64,000 bases of DNA from the NCBI GenBank assembly GCA_964016885.1, contig OZ024740.1, positions 264,554,001 through 264,618,000 on the forward strand. Reading direction: 5' to 3'. This document shows positions 28,471 through 41,811 of this stretch, piece by piece; position 1 is the first letter of the stretch; each line of letters begins with the position of its first letter. A program made the translations under genes and the position numbers. The DNA comes from Eledone cirrhosa (taxonomy: Eukaryota). A model generated the notes under the pieces. It did not search any database and was not told the DNA's origin. It saw only the letters and a program-made list of their open reading frames with translations.

Positions 28471-28726
28471 TATATTTGTATATACGATTGTGAGAGAGGG
28501 GTAATGCATGCATGAGTGCAAATAGAGTGTGGGTGGGAGTGACAAATGAAACATCATGATACATGTATGAAATTGGTATATAGATATATCTATAGAGATG
28601 AAACTGAAGTATTTCGGGTTTAGTTATGTGTTTGTTTGTGGATGAAAGGTTATATATACATATATTAGAGTACTACATTTTCATATATTCGACACACACA
28701 CACTATATATATGCAGCTACTTACAT

Positions 28727-28848
<122 letters not shown>

Positions 28849-29073
28849 ATATATATATATACATATCAATCACATATATTTTTATTGTTTGACCCGAATT
28901 ACTTGGTCGTTTATGTTGGCAGTGGGGATGATTTGTTTAACCACCATCTCAGTGTGTTTGGCCCTTAACGTATGTTGTAGCTCTGATTCATATGAATCAT
29001 CGAGCGCTTGGCACACATCTCGGAAGTTGATTTTCGTTAATTCCTAAGCTGAAGTAAGATCCTCGCTAATTTA

Positions 29074-29118
<45 letters not shown>

Positions 29119-29230
29119 CCATACACGTATGTGTGTATTTTGTGTGCATGTCATGAAAACATATTTTCTCAATTTCTGTTTACATAACTTTTCTAATTTA
29201 TGGATAAAATCGTGTGTACATCTATTTATT

Positions 29231-29362
<132 letters not shown>

Positions 29363-30383
29363 CTCGCTCTCCTCCTCTATATCTCTCTTTCTCTCTCTGT
29401 ATATATATAAATATATGTTTGTGTGTGCATGCGTGCGTGTGAATGTGTGGGTGTTTGTGTATATATATATATATATATATAAAATTATATACATATAATA
29501 TCATACTTACATTGTAATATGGATGCACCTGTTCCCATTGCGTAAAATGTATTCAAACTTTGATATATGTATATATATATGTATGCATATAAATATATAC
29601 GTGCGCCTCTGTGTGTGTGTATGAGTTTGTGTATGTGTATGCATGTATGCTTATGTATGTATATACAACAATTATATGTGTCATCTTGTGAAGAAAAGTT
29701 ATGAACAGTTATTACTTACAGACCTTTGGGAGAAGGAAGCGATGAGGGGAAAAAGATCAAATACAAATAAGTTGAATTTACTGAAGAAATTGCATATAGG
29801 CTGAAACGAGATATGGTGTAGATGTATTGGATGTGGCAGCTGTTTGAACACTATAATTAAGAAACTTGTCTCAGAATAAAGTCTTTAAAAACGTTAAAGA
29901 AGTAATGAAAGTTAGGTCTGATGTATTCTTAATAATATGTCATTAAATCGTCTTTTCATAAGTTTTTTTTTATATATTGTATATCGAAATATTGCCATTG
30001 GTCCTTTGAATTAATTGATTGAAGTTCAGGCCGTTGTACTTATTTCGGGGGATAATTAGGTATTTACCTATATTTGTGGGTACGGAGAAAGAATATTTAT
30101 GAAAAATTAAATTATTGTGTGATGCTCAATGCGTGATAATTACAAAGTTATGTCGCTGAAAATATATTTTGTGATTGCACTATTAAAACAATCCACGAAC
30201 TTCCTTGATATGCTAGATGTAGCAATCAAATCTCCTTTAAACTCCACGTTACTGCTCTCAGAAGTAAGGACATATTACACAATGTATTACTACATACACT
30301 CTGATTGAACATATATTATGTTGGCAACGCTTAATATGACCGCAAAATAACATAATGTATATATATATATACATACAAACATA

Positions 30384-30435
<52 letters not shown>

Positions 30436-30437
30436 TA

Positions 30438-30522
<85 letters not shown>

Positions 30523-30615
30523 ATATATATTTATATATATATATATTTATATATACATATATATATTTATACAATATTCAATGATAAATGGAAACTATAT
30601 TTATAAAACCATATT

Positions 30616-30676
30616 TATTCTATTATATATATGTCAAGGGTACCACAATTTTGGTACGCTATCATCAGATAAAATA
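30616..30676 (-). ncRNA. Type I hammerhead motif, probably inactivated (GAAA to GACA)
   Basis: Inverse copy of 34257-34317 with a single core substitution. Confidence 0.7.
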
Positions 30677-31295
30677 CGAAGTGTGTTTCATAAATTTTGA
30701 CATAACCAAGGAGGATATACCTTAACGGTTCAAGTTTCCCTAGGATAGTGAAGGGATAAGATGAGAAAAGTCAGATATTTAAAATTATTAAGATGAGTAT
30801 GCAAATGTGGTTTAGGAAAAAGGGCTGAAAAAAAAAATGTTTTGGACGCTATTGAGAATTTAAATAATTATGATAAGTTAGTGTATGCGTAGGAAAGAAA
30901 AGAAAGGAAGAAGAGCTAGCATTTACGTTAATTTTGGGGGAAAAAGTGGAAAACGATTCCAGAGTTGAAATTTAAATCTATATTATGAGTTATAATATTG
31001 TATATATAATCAATTAGATTATATGGAGAATTATGGTTGTAAGTATTTTATCTTATTTTAATAATTGCGTATGTATTAGTATGATAGCGATAGAAATAAT
31101 TTACAATTATTAGTTGTTTATATATCAAATATGAGTTACGAAGGAAGTTGATTTTGTATTTTACTTAAAAAATAGGTGGTTCAAGTTGTGAGAGTAGAAC
31201 AATTTATGGATTCAAAAATGTTGTTCAACATTGAAAATGTTTTCAGAATATTGTTTGTTTAGCGAGGTTATATAGATTATCAAACATAATATACC

Positions 31296-32338
31296 AGACA
31301 AGAAACTAAAATACAGGACAAGAAACTAAAATACAGGACAAGAAATTAAAATAAAACTTTAAAAGAATAGGACAAGAAACTAAGATAAAACTTTAAAAGA
31401 ATAGGACAAGAAACTAAGATAAAACTTTAAAAGAATAGGACAAGAAACGAAGATAAAATTTTAAAGAATTGGACAAGAAATAAAAAATGTTACAATAATA
31501 TTAGTGGCAAAATTTTTATTGGTAAAAAATCGAGTTCCACATTCATAGGCTCTGGGTTCCACATTCAGAGGTCGTCGTCAGACCGGGGGGATCATTTGAT
31601 CCTGGTTTGAACACCAATTGGGCCATAACCATACCCCTATTTCATCATTCGGCGACACGCCTCATGTGTCATGCATAATGTGAATGGGCCCATGAGCCCA
31701 TGAGCACAGATCTTGAGCAGCAGCGGACGGTCTTGTGTTCCCGCTCATCCTTGATCTTGAACAACCCGTCCATCTTCTCCTTGCATCTTGTCCTTGAGTT
31801 CAAGTCCGGCAGTCCAGATGAATGCGTGCCACAGCTTTCTGGTACAGGAAGGGGAGCAGGAGGACTGGAGGGATGACGGGACAGAGGGAGGGAGGACCGG
31901 TGGTTGAGGGAGGTGCCGTAGTCGGTGGTCAGAGTCGACATCTTGTCCCGGTCGTCTTCTCCATCTTCGTCTGGTGATGCGGTACCAGAAGTGCATTCTT
32001 GGAGGAGACCTGCAGCTGCATCGGCCAATTCTTCTTGTAATGGTGATTCTGACGGAGCAGAATTTCTCAGCCAACCAACCCCAACCAGAACCAACCGCTC
32101 AGGGGCAACGCACAATGAGAGCATGACAATTATTATGCACTAATCAAGAAGATACTGGGGCATAGCACAGGAAACGAATAAAAAAATGTTGCCACTATTA
32201 TTATTGTAAATTTTTTTATTTCTTGTCCAATTCTTTAAAGTTTTATCCTAGTTTCTTGTCCTATTCTTTTAAAGTTTTATCTTAGTTTCTTGTCCTATTA
32301 TTTTAAAGTTTTATTTTAATTTCTTGTCCTGTATTTTT
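31296..32338. repeat. Nested inverted arrays of a 34-bp minisatellite (GGACAAGAAACTAAGATAAAACTTTAAAAGAATA) flanking a GC-rich core
   Basis: 31310-31521 is the reverse complement of 32177-32338. Confidence 0.85.
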
Positions 32339-32664
32339 AAAGGTTTATATTCCAAAAATATTACTTTTTTTGGTGTACGCATTTTTCTATCTGGTCTACT
32401 ATTTTTTAAGGCAATGCAAGCAACAACTATCTAATAATTAAATGATCATAGTGAATTACTGACAACTGATTGACATTTTAAAGTTCTTTTGAGTATAATA
32501 TCAATCTAGTTGAGGCAACTGGCTTAATGACAAAGCTAATAAATCATGAATGCATTTGAGATGATTAGTGCATAATAGTGAATTGGTGAAACTTGTGCAT
32601 TTCAATGGTGTTACAACAATAGATGTAAGTTAGTAGTAATACTTTATCATTTTGACTTTTTAGA

Positions 32665-33024
32665 ATGGACAAAAACCCATGCAAAGAAATGACTTTGACT
32701 GCAGTGATTCTCTCCAATTTACTTACAAAGTAAAACGTGGTCAAATACCTTATCATCTCTGATAAAATGCCCATTGAATCACTGAAAATCGGATGCATGG
32801 AATTCCTCAAAAAATGCACCTATGAATCAGAAGCCATCACATATATCAATGGCTATAGGGAGTTGTTCACACTGGAAGACCATCACTTCATTTGTGACTT
32901 CATCAGTTATCTCCACGATTATCTCAGACACCCAATGCCATTGATGGGAGGTGATCCAATGTGTGAGCATGTAACTAATCTTATAGAAGTTGTTATCGAC
33001 CACCTGGCTTTTAGTGACATTTGA
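32665..33024 (+). pseudogene. Short ORF with a BTB/BACK-like motif and one in-frame stop
   Basis: MDKNPCKEMTLTAVILSNLLTK*NVVKYLIISDKMPIESLKIGCMEFLKK resembles the BACK-type pattern LxxENxxxxLxxADxxxxxxLKxxCxxFI. The TAA at 32731 sits where E (GAA) is expected. Confidence 0.45.
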
Positions 33025-34256
33025 CTGATTTGACTGATAATGATGTATTTTTAAAAAGTATGTGTACATTCTTGTTACTATTTTAAGGCAATGCAAGCAA
33101 CAACTATTTAATAAAATTTAAATTTAAAAATGACCATTGTGCATTACTAGTATGATGACATTTTATTAAGTCACAAAATTAGTCAGTCAGCCATAGAACA
33201 AGGATCAGGTGGCAAAAACATTGGCAAAAATTTGTGTCAATTTAAGATTTCCAACATTGTTCAAATGAATCATATCTGGTTTGAAGTCAGATTTGTCAAA
33301 TTTTGACGAATTTTCAATGTTTTGAAGATTGGGCAAGTTCAATTTTTGAATCATTTCTTTCATGCAGTAATTAAACTTTTCCAAACGTCGTCATTCCTGG
33401 ATTACCTCCCCTAGTGTCACGCTTACTACTCACTCACTTGAACACAAGATTTATCAGCAAACTTTGATTATAAACTTTTTCCCGCTGGACCAAATTTCTA
33501 GATTTTTAAGCCAAAAGATGTGTAATGATCTACTGTTCATGCTCATATAAGTTTTATCTCAGTTAAATAAAGTAGAGCCGCGCTGTACTGTCGTAAACAG
33601 ACGATTGCCAACGAAAACACGACCACAACAATATTACTAAACGGACTACCGTCCGTTTAGGATTTATGTTTGCACGATTGAGAAAGGAAAGATAACTCCA
33701 ATTGTGTTTGTTATCTGTTAAATTTGATGAGTGATTTATTGCAAAATATATAGAGAAAATTATATATTATTTCGTCTGAGATCAATTATTTTAGTCGAAA
33801 GATGTGTGAATGTTTGAATAACAAAAAGAGAAGAAAAACGTAATGTGCTTTTCGAAGACCTATCGTAGAGAGGATAACTTTTCAGAATGTCATTTAAATA
33901 TTATCAATCTACATCTAAAAAATATATACATTTAGAGGGGTGTCATTAGAAAAATAATGTCAGAATTAAAATAATGTCGGATCATTTTGAAGGTGTATAG
34001 GAATATTATAAATTAAAAATAATTCTGAACGGGGAATTTTAAATGCTAGCTCTTCTTCCTTTCTCTTCTTTCCTATGCATACAAAAATTTATAATTATTT
34101 AAATTCTCCATAGCGTCTAAAATAACGTTTTTTTCAGCCCTATTACATAAACCTCATTTTCATACTCATCTTAATAATTTGAAATATTTGACTTTTCTTC
34201 TCTTATCCCTTCACTATCCAAGGAAAACTTGAACCGTTAAGATATATTTTCCTTCG

Positions 34257-34317
34257 TATTTTATCTGATGATAGCGTACCAAAATTGTGGTACCCTTGAA
34301 ATATATATAATAGAATA
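34257..34317 (+). ncRNA. Type I hammerhead ribozyme motif, intact core
   Basis: UAUUUUAU-CUGAUGA-uagcGUACCAaaauugUGGUACccuu-GAAA-UAUAUA-UA-AUAGAAUA. Helix I is 8 bp, helix III is palindromic, triplet AUA. Confidence 0.8.
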
Positions 34318-34739
34318 AATATGGTTTTATAAATATAGTTTCCATTTATTTAATATCATTGAATATTATACTCCAGAAAAACTGTCGAGTGCTCTGAATC
34401 AGTTATAAACATTTAGATTTGTTGAATTACAAACAAATTGAATATCCCTTCTGCTTATATATATTTATATATATATATCGGGAATTTTATCCGCCCTATA
34501 TATATATATACATATATGTGTGTGTGTGTTTGTGTGTACCTCCATTTTCTTCCTTTTCGCCTTTATTCACATCATTTTTGCGGTCCGACACACTTCTATC
34601 GGCTGAGTAACTTTTACCCAACGATGTCATAGACGGCATTTTGCTGTTTTAACAGCTTCTTTGCGTTGAGTTCTTCTCGTTGTTCTACAAATTCTAATAC
34701 ACTCATGCTTCAAACTTGATATTCGAGATAATTTTGAAT

Positions 34740-34898
<159 letters not shown>

Positions 34899-35114
34899 CT
34901 TGATTAGTCCCGACTGTGAAACATATAAAAACCATATTTTACTTAATCGCCGAGCCCTTCCGTAAGTCTATCAATATAGTTACTCGTATATTATTTCATT
35001 TCAAATATTGAGATCTTTTTTAGTTTGTAACCTACGAAGATTCACTCATCAGAAGCATATATACAGATAAACACACAGACACACACACAAACACACACAC
35101 ATATATATATATTT

Positions 35115-35172
<58 letters not shown>

Positions 35173-35199
35173 CAGTCGATCGACAAGATCCCAGGCATA

Positions 35200-35423
35200 A
35201 TTCGCCGAACATGTGGGGTGGAGCTCGTTGAATCGGGCCGAGGAAACAATGTTTCCATTGGTCTTTCCAATTGCTAATACTATCTATCGGCTGCAACTCC
35301 AGACAGAATGAGCAACGCGAATTATGTCTTCCTCAAGGACATAACGCATCGCCCAGGCTGTGAATCGAAATCACAACTTCACGATTGCAAATCCAATTCT
35401 CTAACTACTCAACCACACGCCTC
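35200..35423 (-). mobile_element. tRNA-derived SINE (family B, CORE/V-like), decayed
   Basis: Minus strand GAGGCGTGTGGTTGAGTAGTTAG...GATTTCGATTC...TGTCCTTGAGGAAGACA gives a tRNA-like head followed by a core-like motif. Confidence 0.55.
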
Positions 35424-35794
35424 AACTATATATATGTGTGCGCTTGTGTGTGTGTGTGTATGTGTGTGAGAGTGTGTGTGTGTGAGTGTGTGTTTGTATG
35501 TGTGTGTGTGTGTGTCTGTGTGGGTAAAAATAAACAGAAATAACAAAGCAAACAACATAGTACTAGTAATAAATATATATACATAAGTATATATATAGGG
35601 AATTATTCAATGCCATCGTGTCATATAATGAAGGACAAGTTAATATATCTAAAGTACACTGTCCAGAACTATGATATACTATATATGGAACATGACACTG
35701 TCGCAAATTCCAATGAAATATATTAATGATGTGTGTGTGTGCAATGAGGAATCATTTAGAACCTATAATCTACCTAGGGCGTGTAAAATTCCCG

Positions 35795-36000
35795 AGATCC
35801 ATGGACGAGTTCTCTCCAACGGTCTCTGTCCCTCATTATCGCTGCGTCTCCAACAGACCAGTGTCTGTCCTTAGAGCATCAATAAATGTTAACCTTGGTC
35901 TTCCCCTTTCCAGTGTGTCCTTGCAGGGGCTACAACAGGAGCACTTAGTACAGTGTCAACTCTAGATGTTGGTGAGCATGTCCAGCTAACCTGTGTCACA
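35795..36000 (-). mobile_element. RTE-like LINE 3' fragment
   Basis: Minus-strand remnants LAGH...RGRPR...DRDRWR, typical of RTE C-termini. Confidence 0.45.
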
Positions 36001-37329
36001 CTTGAGCTGACTTTTGGGAGGCTGTATAAACTTACATGAACTACTTATTTCTCAGAGGAATTTCAAATGAGTGAACCCCGATTAATTTTCGGATATAGTA
36101 TATCAAAGAATTCATTATCCAGTGTTTTACTTTTTTTAAGAATGTAGGATATTAAAGGAGATTTAGCTTCTATTTCCAACAGTTCAAGCTATTACAATAG
36201 ATCCATTTTTAAATTAATAAAAGCATTCAGTGAACAAATAATTATATTTTTAGCCACATTTTCACTTGCCTTGGCTTTCTATTGTTCTAAGTAATATTCT
36301 ATTACACTTAAATTATTATCATTCAAAATACTTTATTCAGTAATCAGATATGTTCTATTTATTTAATCATATGTTCAACATCACATAATACTTGATATAA
36401 TATCAGACCTATGAAATAAATTAGAATTTTTTTTTGCCATTCATTAGAGGTGATCTACCAAAATATGACAATTGTTTTTTTAATAATTTGACTTTGGAAG
36501 GAAACAAAAAATACAGGGATATTTTTTTTCGGTAACCTTTCTATTGTGACAAAGAATGGAAACGGAGACAATATATAATATGTGAATCATTAAATATTTC
36601 ACTGTATGACATATTTCACATGCTCTTAAGAGAAATAACTTCAGAATAATATATAATTTCTTAAAATCAATTATGTTGCTTGATGGACATCATGTTGCCT
36701 ATTTCGTATTTTTTCTTTACAGTGTAGAAATCCCATTTTTTTTTTCATTTAGCGTTCCTTGTATTATTTTTAATGGATATTGTCTCTCATATTTCAATTC
36801 CTATATCTAATGACAAATTACATTTTAATACACTTTTTAAACATCTCTATTGTCTCTTGATTTTCAGTATAATTTTTCTCACCAGTCTTCTGATATTTTT
36901 TTTCTTTTTCACAATAAACCATAATCAAATATATATTTCAATGTTTCTTGATCTAATACATATTCCCCTTTGAAATAAGTTCAAAGCCAATATTCTAAAC
37001 ATATATCCATGACTCAACAATACAATGTAAATATATATATCAGGATATTTTGTTTGCTTGTTCTTTTTTATGTTCGTGTATTGGAAGTTCATCTACATAT
37101 TAATAGTTTTATTTTTTATTTTTTATTTTTTTGACTGACTAAATACGGAGCTGTTTCAAATGATGGTCATATATTGAGTTTATTACGGGGTTAGATGTCG
37201 ATGAATATTACTTCTTTGGTTATGTATACGTACATTCCGAGTAAGCACTAATTTTCTATAGTTTGTGACATGAAACAAGAAAAATTATTTTCCTAATGTC
37301 ATCAATGCACAGGGACATAGATTTCTGAC

Positions 37330-38820
37330 ACATTCGGTTTACCAACTTATTCCTGAGAGGGTCGGGGGGGCAGAGTCCTCAAATACACCTTCCAGCGCGT
37401 ACTATCAGAAGCAACACTTTCCAACTGATTCTGCTGAATTCTCAAGCGAGACCAAACAACCATATGTATGTTATCCAACCATCTTGCTCGTGTGGTACCC
37501 CTGGGTTCCTGCCGGTTGGTTTTGACCATAATATCTGTCCAGTGATTCTTTCCTGAGTCATTCTAACCACATGCTCATAATATCGGAGCTGTGATCTCTC
37601 AATTCAGAGAAGTAGCAACACTATCAGGAATGACTTTCTAATCTCCGAGGTACGCACTCTATCGAGATGCAGGAAGATTGTTGAGTCCAAGCTAGCTGAT
37701 GTACAGTGTGGTTTTCGACCCGGACACAACACAGCCAACCTAAAAACCCTTCGGAGGAACCCCATTTTGGCACTTGTATTCGCGATCGCATTCTTTATGT
37801 CATTACCCAAGATTCACGATCATAGGTAAGGGTTGGCACGAATACCAAATTGAAGATAGCGAGTTTGTCTTTTACACCCACCTCCCTTCTTCTAATTACA
37901 GAATAGTGAAGCTGGCGCATTACGGCACCAGCTCCTGCATATCTTGCATTTGATTCCGCCTACTCTCTTCCATCACTCGTGAACACGGCCCTGAGATACT
38001 TGAAATTTTGCACCTGCCTCAATAGAACTCCATTCATATGTAGAGTGCACTGCGCATGTCTCCTTAAGAGGACTAGTGTCTCAAATTTCGGAGCACTGAT
38101 TTTTATTCCAGCCATGCATCACTCGGCATCAAGCGTATCAAGCGCAAGTCGCATATCATCTTCTGTCGAGTTAAGTAACACCAAGCCGTCTGCAAAATTT
38201 AGCCGACTGATTTTTATCCACCAGTCGTGATACCTGGCTTTACACGACAATCCTGTTCATGAAAATAATGAATAGGGGAAGTGGCTGTAAGCATTCTTGG
38301 CGGAGTCCAACTCCCACATTGAATAGTTTCGATTTAGCACCATTTTTCCGAATAAATAATTGGGCATTTGTATAAGCACATCACAGCAGCAAGAGGGTGA
38401 CCACCAATCTCATACTCCTGCAGAACATTCCACAGCAGGTCCTAAGGAATGCGGACATATGCCTTTTTGAAGTCTACAAAATAAGAATATACTTCTTGGC
38501 AATACTCCCATTATTTCTCGAAGACCAGCCGTAGTGTGAATATTTGGTTGGCTGTGGTGCGTCCGGGTCGAAAACCGCACTGTTCATCAGCTAGCTTGGA
38601 CTCAACAGTCTTCCTGCATCTCTTTGCCAGACCCTTATCATAGACATTACCGGGGACGCTAAACAAGGAGACCTCTCCTTAAATGGAACATCTCCCTTGT
38701 CTCCCTTTTAGGCTACTCGGCACACACGAGTCAGCCTTTTCTATTTAAGGCTTTTAGTATCTCGGGCCGGATTTTATCTTCCCCAGCGGACTTGCCACAT
38801 TTGAGCTTTTTAACTACTCT
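37330..38820 (-). mobile_element. RTE-clade LINE fragment, decayed
   Basis: Minus-strand remnants EQCGFRPGR, FVDFKKAY, GLRQ, FADG (for YADD), FKYL and the C-terminus RARWLDNI...RW. Confidence 0.8.
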
Positions 38821-39639
38821 TATTTGCCCAGCCTCCTTTCATGTCAATAAATACAATAATAGTTTAGTACTTAGGTTGTTTCTTCTTCTATATTTGTTTT
38901 TACTTACGTTCTATCACTTTCTCTCTCTCTCACATCGTCCTCACATACCCTGAAAGATATAACCATATATTCGCTGTATTTATTATAGTATGCTACAATT
39001 TACGTGTGGCATATCAACATACCAATACAACTATTTCACGTAATTGAAACAACTATATTGTAATAAACAAAATTATATAAAAAGATTTGTCTTAACGTTT
39101 TTTCGTAAATGGAAAATCTACCGCGTTTAAAACCGCAATGGTTGATATATATAACTGACGTGGAGTGCTTTTAAACTGTATGAAACACATACTCTTCGTG
39201 CAAATAAACATCCCAATAGTAGGTTATATATATATATGTCTGTGTGTGTGTGTGTGTGTATGTGTGTGTGTATGTGTGCGTGTACGTGTGTGTGTACATG
39301 TGTGTATGTATAAATATATATATATATATGTATACATATTTAAAAAAAAGGAAAAAGAATGACTTCACTTATAATTCTAAATAATTTGATTTAATTTTAT
39401 AATATTATCCTTTCGTAGATCTTATATCTTATTTGTTAACTTCGGTGGGAAGATTTTACAAGATTCCTGGTTAACTTTCCTGGGGGCTTTCTCGTATTCT
39501 ACGGTGGCGATTGTCAAACTGAGATCAGGTTGTGTTGTGATGTATGACTCTAGGTATAATCGAGATTTGGGTTTGTCTGCGGGGTGGGGTGTGGGGGGGG
39601 GGGTTAATGAGTGTGTGATTGAAGGAATGTTGATGAAGA

Positions 39640-40620
39640 TCTAAAAGAATTAAAGCCGTTTCCTTCCCTGCTTCAGACCCCGCTGCCACACCTGCTCCCA
39701 CATTACTAACACCACCTACTTCCGCACACACATACATACATTCCACACACACATACAAACGACACCTGCCAACTACCACTCGCGTGTCTGTCCTCCTCTT
39801 AACTGCTATCTCCTCTCTCGCTCTCGCCTCCTTCGCCTTGCCTTCTCCACTGCCTCTCTTGACCCTCTTGACCACTTCCTGTTTTGCGCGCGCCCCACAA
39901 CTTGCTACTTCCAGCGCACCGTTCCAGGGATCCTACACCACTGGTCATACGTTCTAGACATCCACCTTTTTATATCCGGATTTTTCCCCATCTGTCCACA
40001 CACTCACCGGGAAAATATTCAGGAACCCACACACACAAAACACACTATTTTCGCACACACGCAACCATATATTACCACGTATCCACACCGCACAAAACAC
40101 ACACACGTGCATATTCTCACATACACCTACTCGGCCTCCAAACTCCGCACGCGATCTTTCCACCACCCCCTCTCCATCTACACGCACACACGCACTGACT
40201 TACTCCCCACCCATGTACACACTTGTTTTCCCGATACCTGAACATGGAACCTCGTTCTTCCTCAAAGTCTCACTCTCACATCCACACATCCACACACACC
40301 ACCTTCCGCCCTCCTCGCTCGACCCACTGTTTCCTTCTCCTCTCTCCCCCGTCTCTCCACCCACCACCAATTCTACACGCCTCCCACTCCTTGACCACTT
40401 GTTTTCATTTTAATTTTTTTCCCTCATTTTAATTTTTTTCCTACATTTTAATTTTTTCCGCCTTTTAATGTCTTTCCACCACTCACCCTCACACACTCAG
40501 GACTCTTTTCCTTCCCACTTTTCTCCTGATGAAAGGCTTATGCCCGAAACGTCGTCCACAATCCCTCACTCTCAAGCGGGAACCCAAATCGTACTGCACT
40601 CTTCGTTATTCTTTTTGTTA
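39640..40620 (+). mobile_element. Decayed PLE 3' end (Poseidon/Neptune-like)
   Basis: C-rich remnant with LLPAHRSRDPTPLVIRS resembling the PLE linker, followed by a minimal HHR at 40526. Confidence 0.5.
40523..40556 (+). ncRNA. Minimal hammerhead motif
   Basis: CUGAUGA-aaGGCuuauGCCc-GAAA-CG-UC, with palindromic ACGU helix III. Helix I is eroded. Confidence 0.7.
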
Positions 40621-40761
40621 TTTTTTGTTTTTTTACTTATATATATATGTATATATACAGAAAATAGTGAATGGTAACAGCAAGATAATTGATTGGGAAT
40701 GGTGTTGGGTTGTTTAACGGGTGTTTAAGAAACGGGTTGTATATATATATATACATATATC

Positions 40762-40818
<57 letters not shown>

Positions 40819-40823
40819 TATAT

Positions 40824-40869
<46 letters not shown>

Positions 40870-40874
40870 TATAT

Positions 40875-40950
<76 letters not shown>

Positions 40951-40983
40951 GTTAAAAGAATAGAGGTGTAACACACAAGTTAT

Positions 40984-41330
40984 TATATATTGATAAACGG
41001 AATAGAAAATGCTGACAAATTGTTCACAGTTGAAAAATGGTTTAATTAGGAATAAAAGAGTATTAGTGATTGTATGGGTTAGTATTCAGTTGTGGTTTTA
41101 AGTTTTAAAGTTTTTACCGGTTGCGCAGATCAGAGCAAACAGCACGGACACTATTTCAAAATTATTTTTGAAAAGCATTTAGAAATGCGCAACCGGTAAA
41201 AACTTAAAAACTTAAAACCACAACTGAATACTAACCCATACAATCACTAATACTCTTTTATTCCTAATTAAACCATTTTTCAACTGTGAACAATTTGTCA
41301 GCATTTTTCTATTCCGTTTACCAATATATA
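40984..41330. repeat. Near-perfect 144-bp-arm inverted repeat between (TA)n tracts
   Basis: 40984-41127 versus 41186-41330, about 3 differences, 58-bp spacer. Confidence 0.92.
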
Positions 41331-41811
41331 CATATATATATGTATATATATATATGTATATATTATATATGCGTATGTATGTTTTTAATGGAGTATCTAT
41401 GTAATTGTACCTCTACCTACATATGTGAGTATATGTACTTTTGTGATCAAATAAATTTATGCGTTTTCGGCTATGTGTCAACATGCAATTATCTGGGATT
41501 GATTACTTATACATTGACCCACTTGAAAATATTTAGTATTTTATATTTTATGATACATCATACTCTATACTATACTATATACAATGTAGTGACTGCTGTA
41601 TAGCTAAACATTACTCAAACTTCTCGCCCTCCTAGCCATCTCTTCTACGGCCTTGACATAAATACCCCTTCCACATTTTGTGGTATTTTTGTCTCGGTTG
41701 TAATAGTCTTAGCTCTGTTTCTTGACCGCTGTATCACGTGATGGACTCCCCCTCCGCCTTTCGGGATTCTATCTCGCGTCCTACGGTCGTGTTTTGGAAC
41801 TCTACATGAGG

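Larger units (their letters stand above)
30573..34368. mobile_element. Element bounded by ~350-bp HHR-containing inverted repeats (30573-30925 / 34040-34368), no RT or transposase seen
   Basis: The arms are clear reverse complements, e.g. GGTACCACAATTTTGGTACGCTATCATCAGATAAAATACGAAG and its inverse. A hammerhead motif lies in each arm. Confidence 0.75.

Noticed and set aside
29781-29815. CTGAAGA...GAAAC hammerhead-like spacing
   Set aside because: Helices I and II do not pair convincingly.
31296-31480. CRISPR-like periodic repeats
   Set aside because: The units are contiguous with no unique spacers, there are no cas genes, and the context is eukaryotic. It is a minisatellite.
32664-32705. 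QRNDFDC resembling a Ulp1 protease catalytic motif
   Set aside because: The frame closes after about 32 codons and lacks the rest of the domain. The alternative BACK-like frame fits better.
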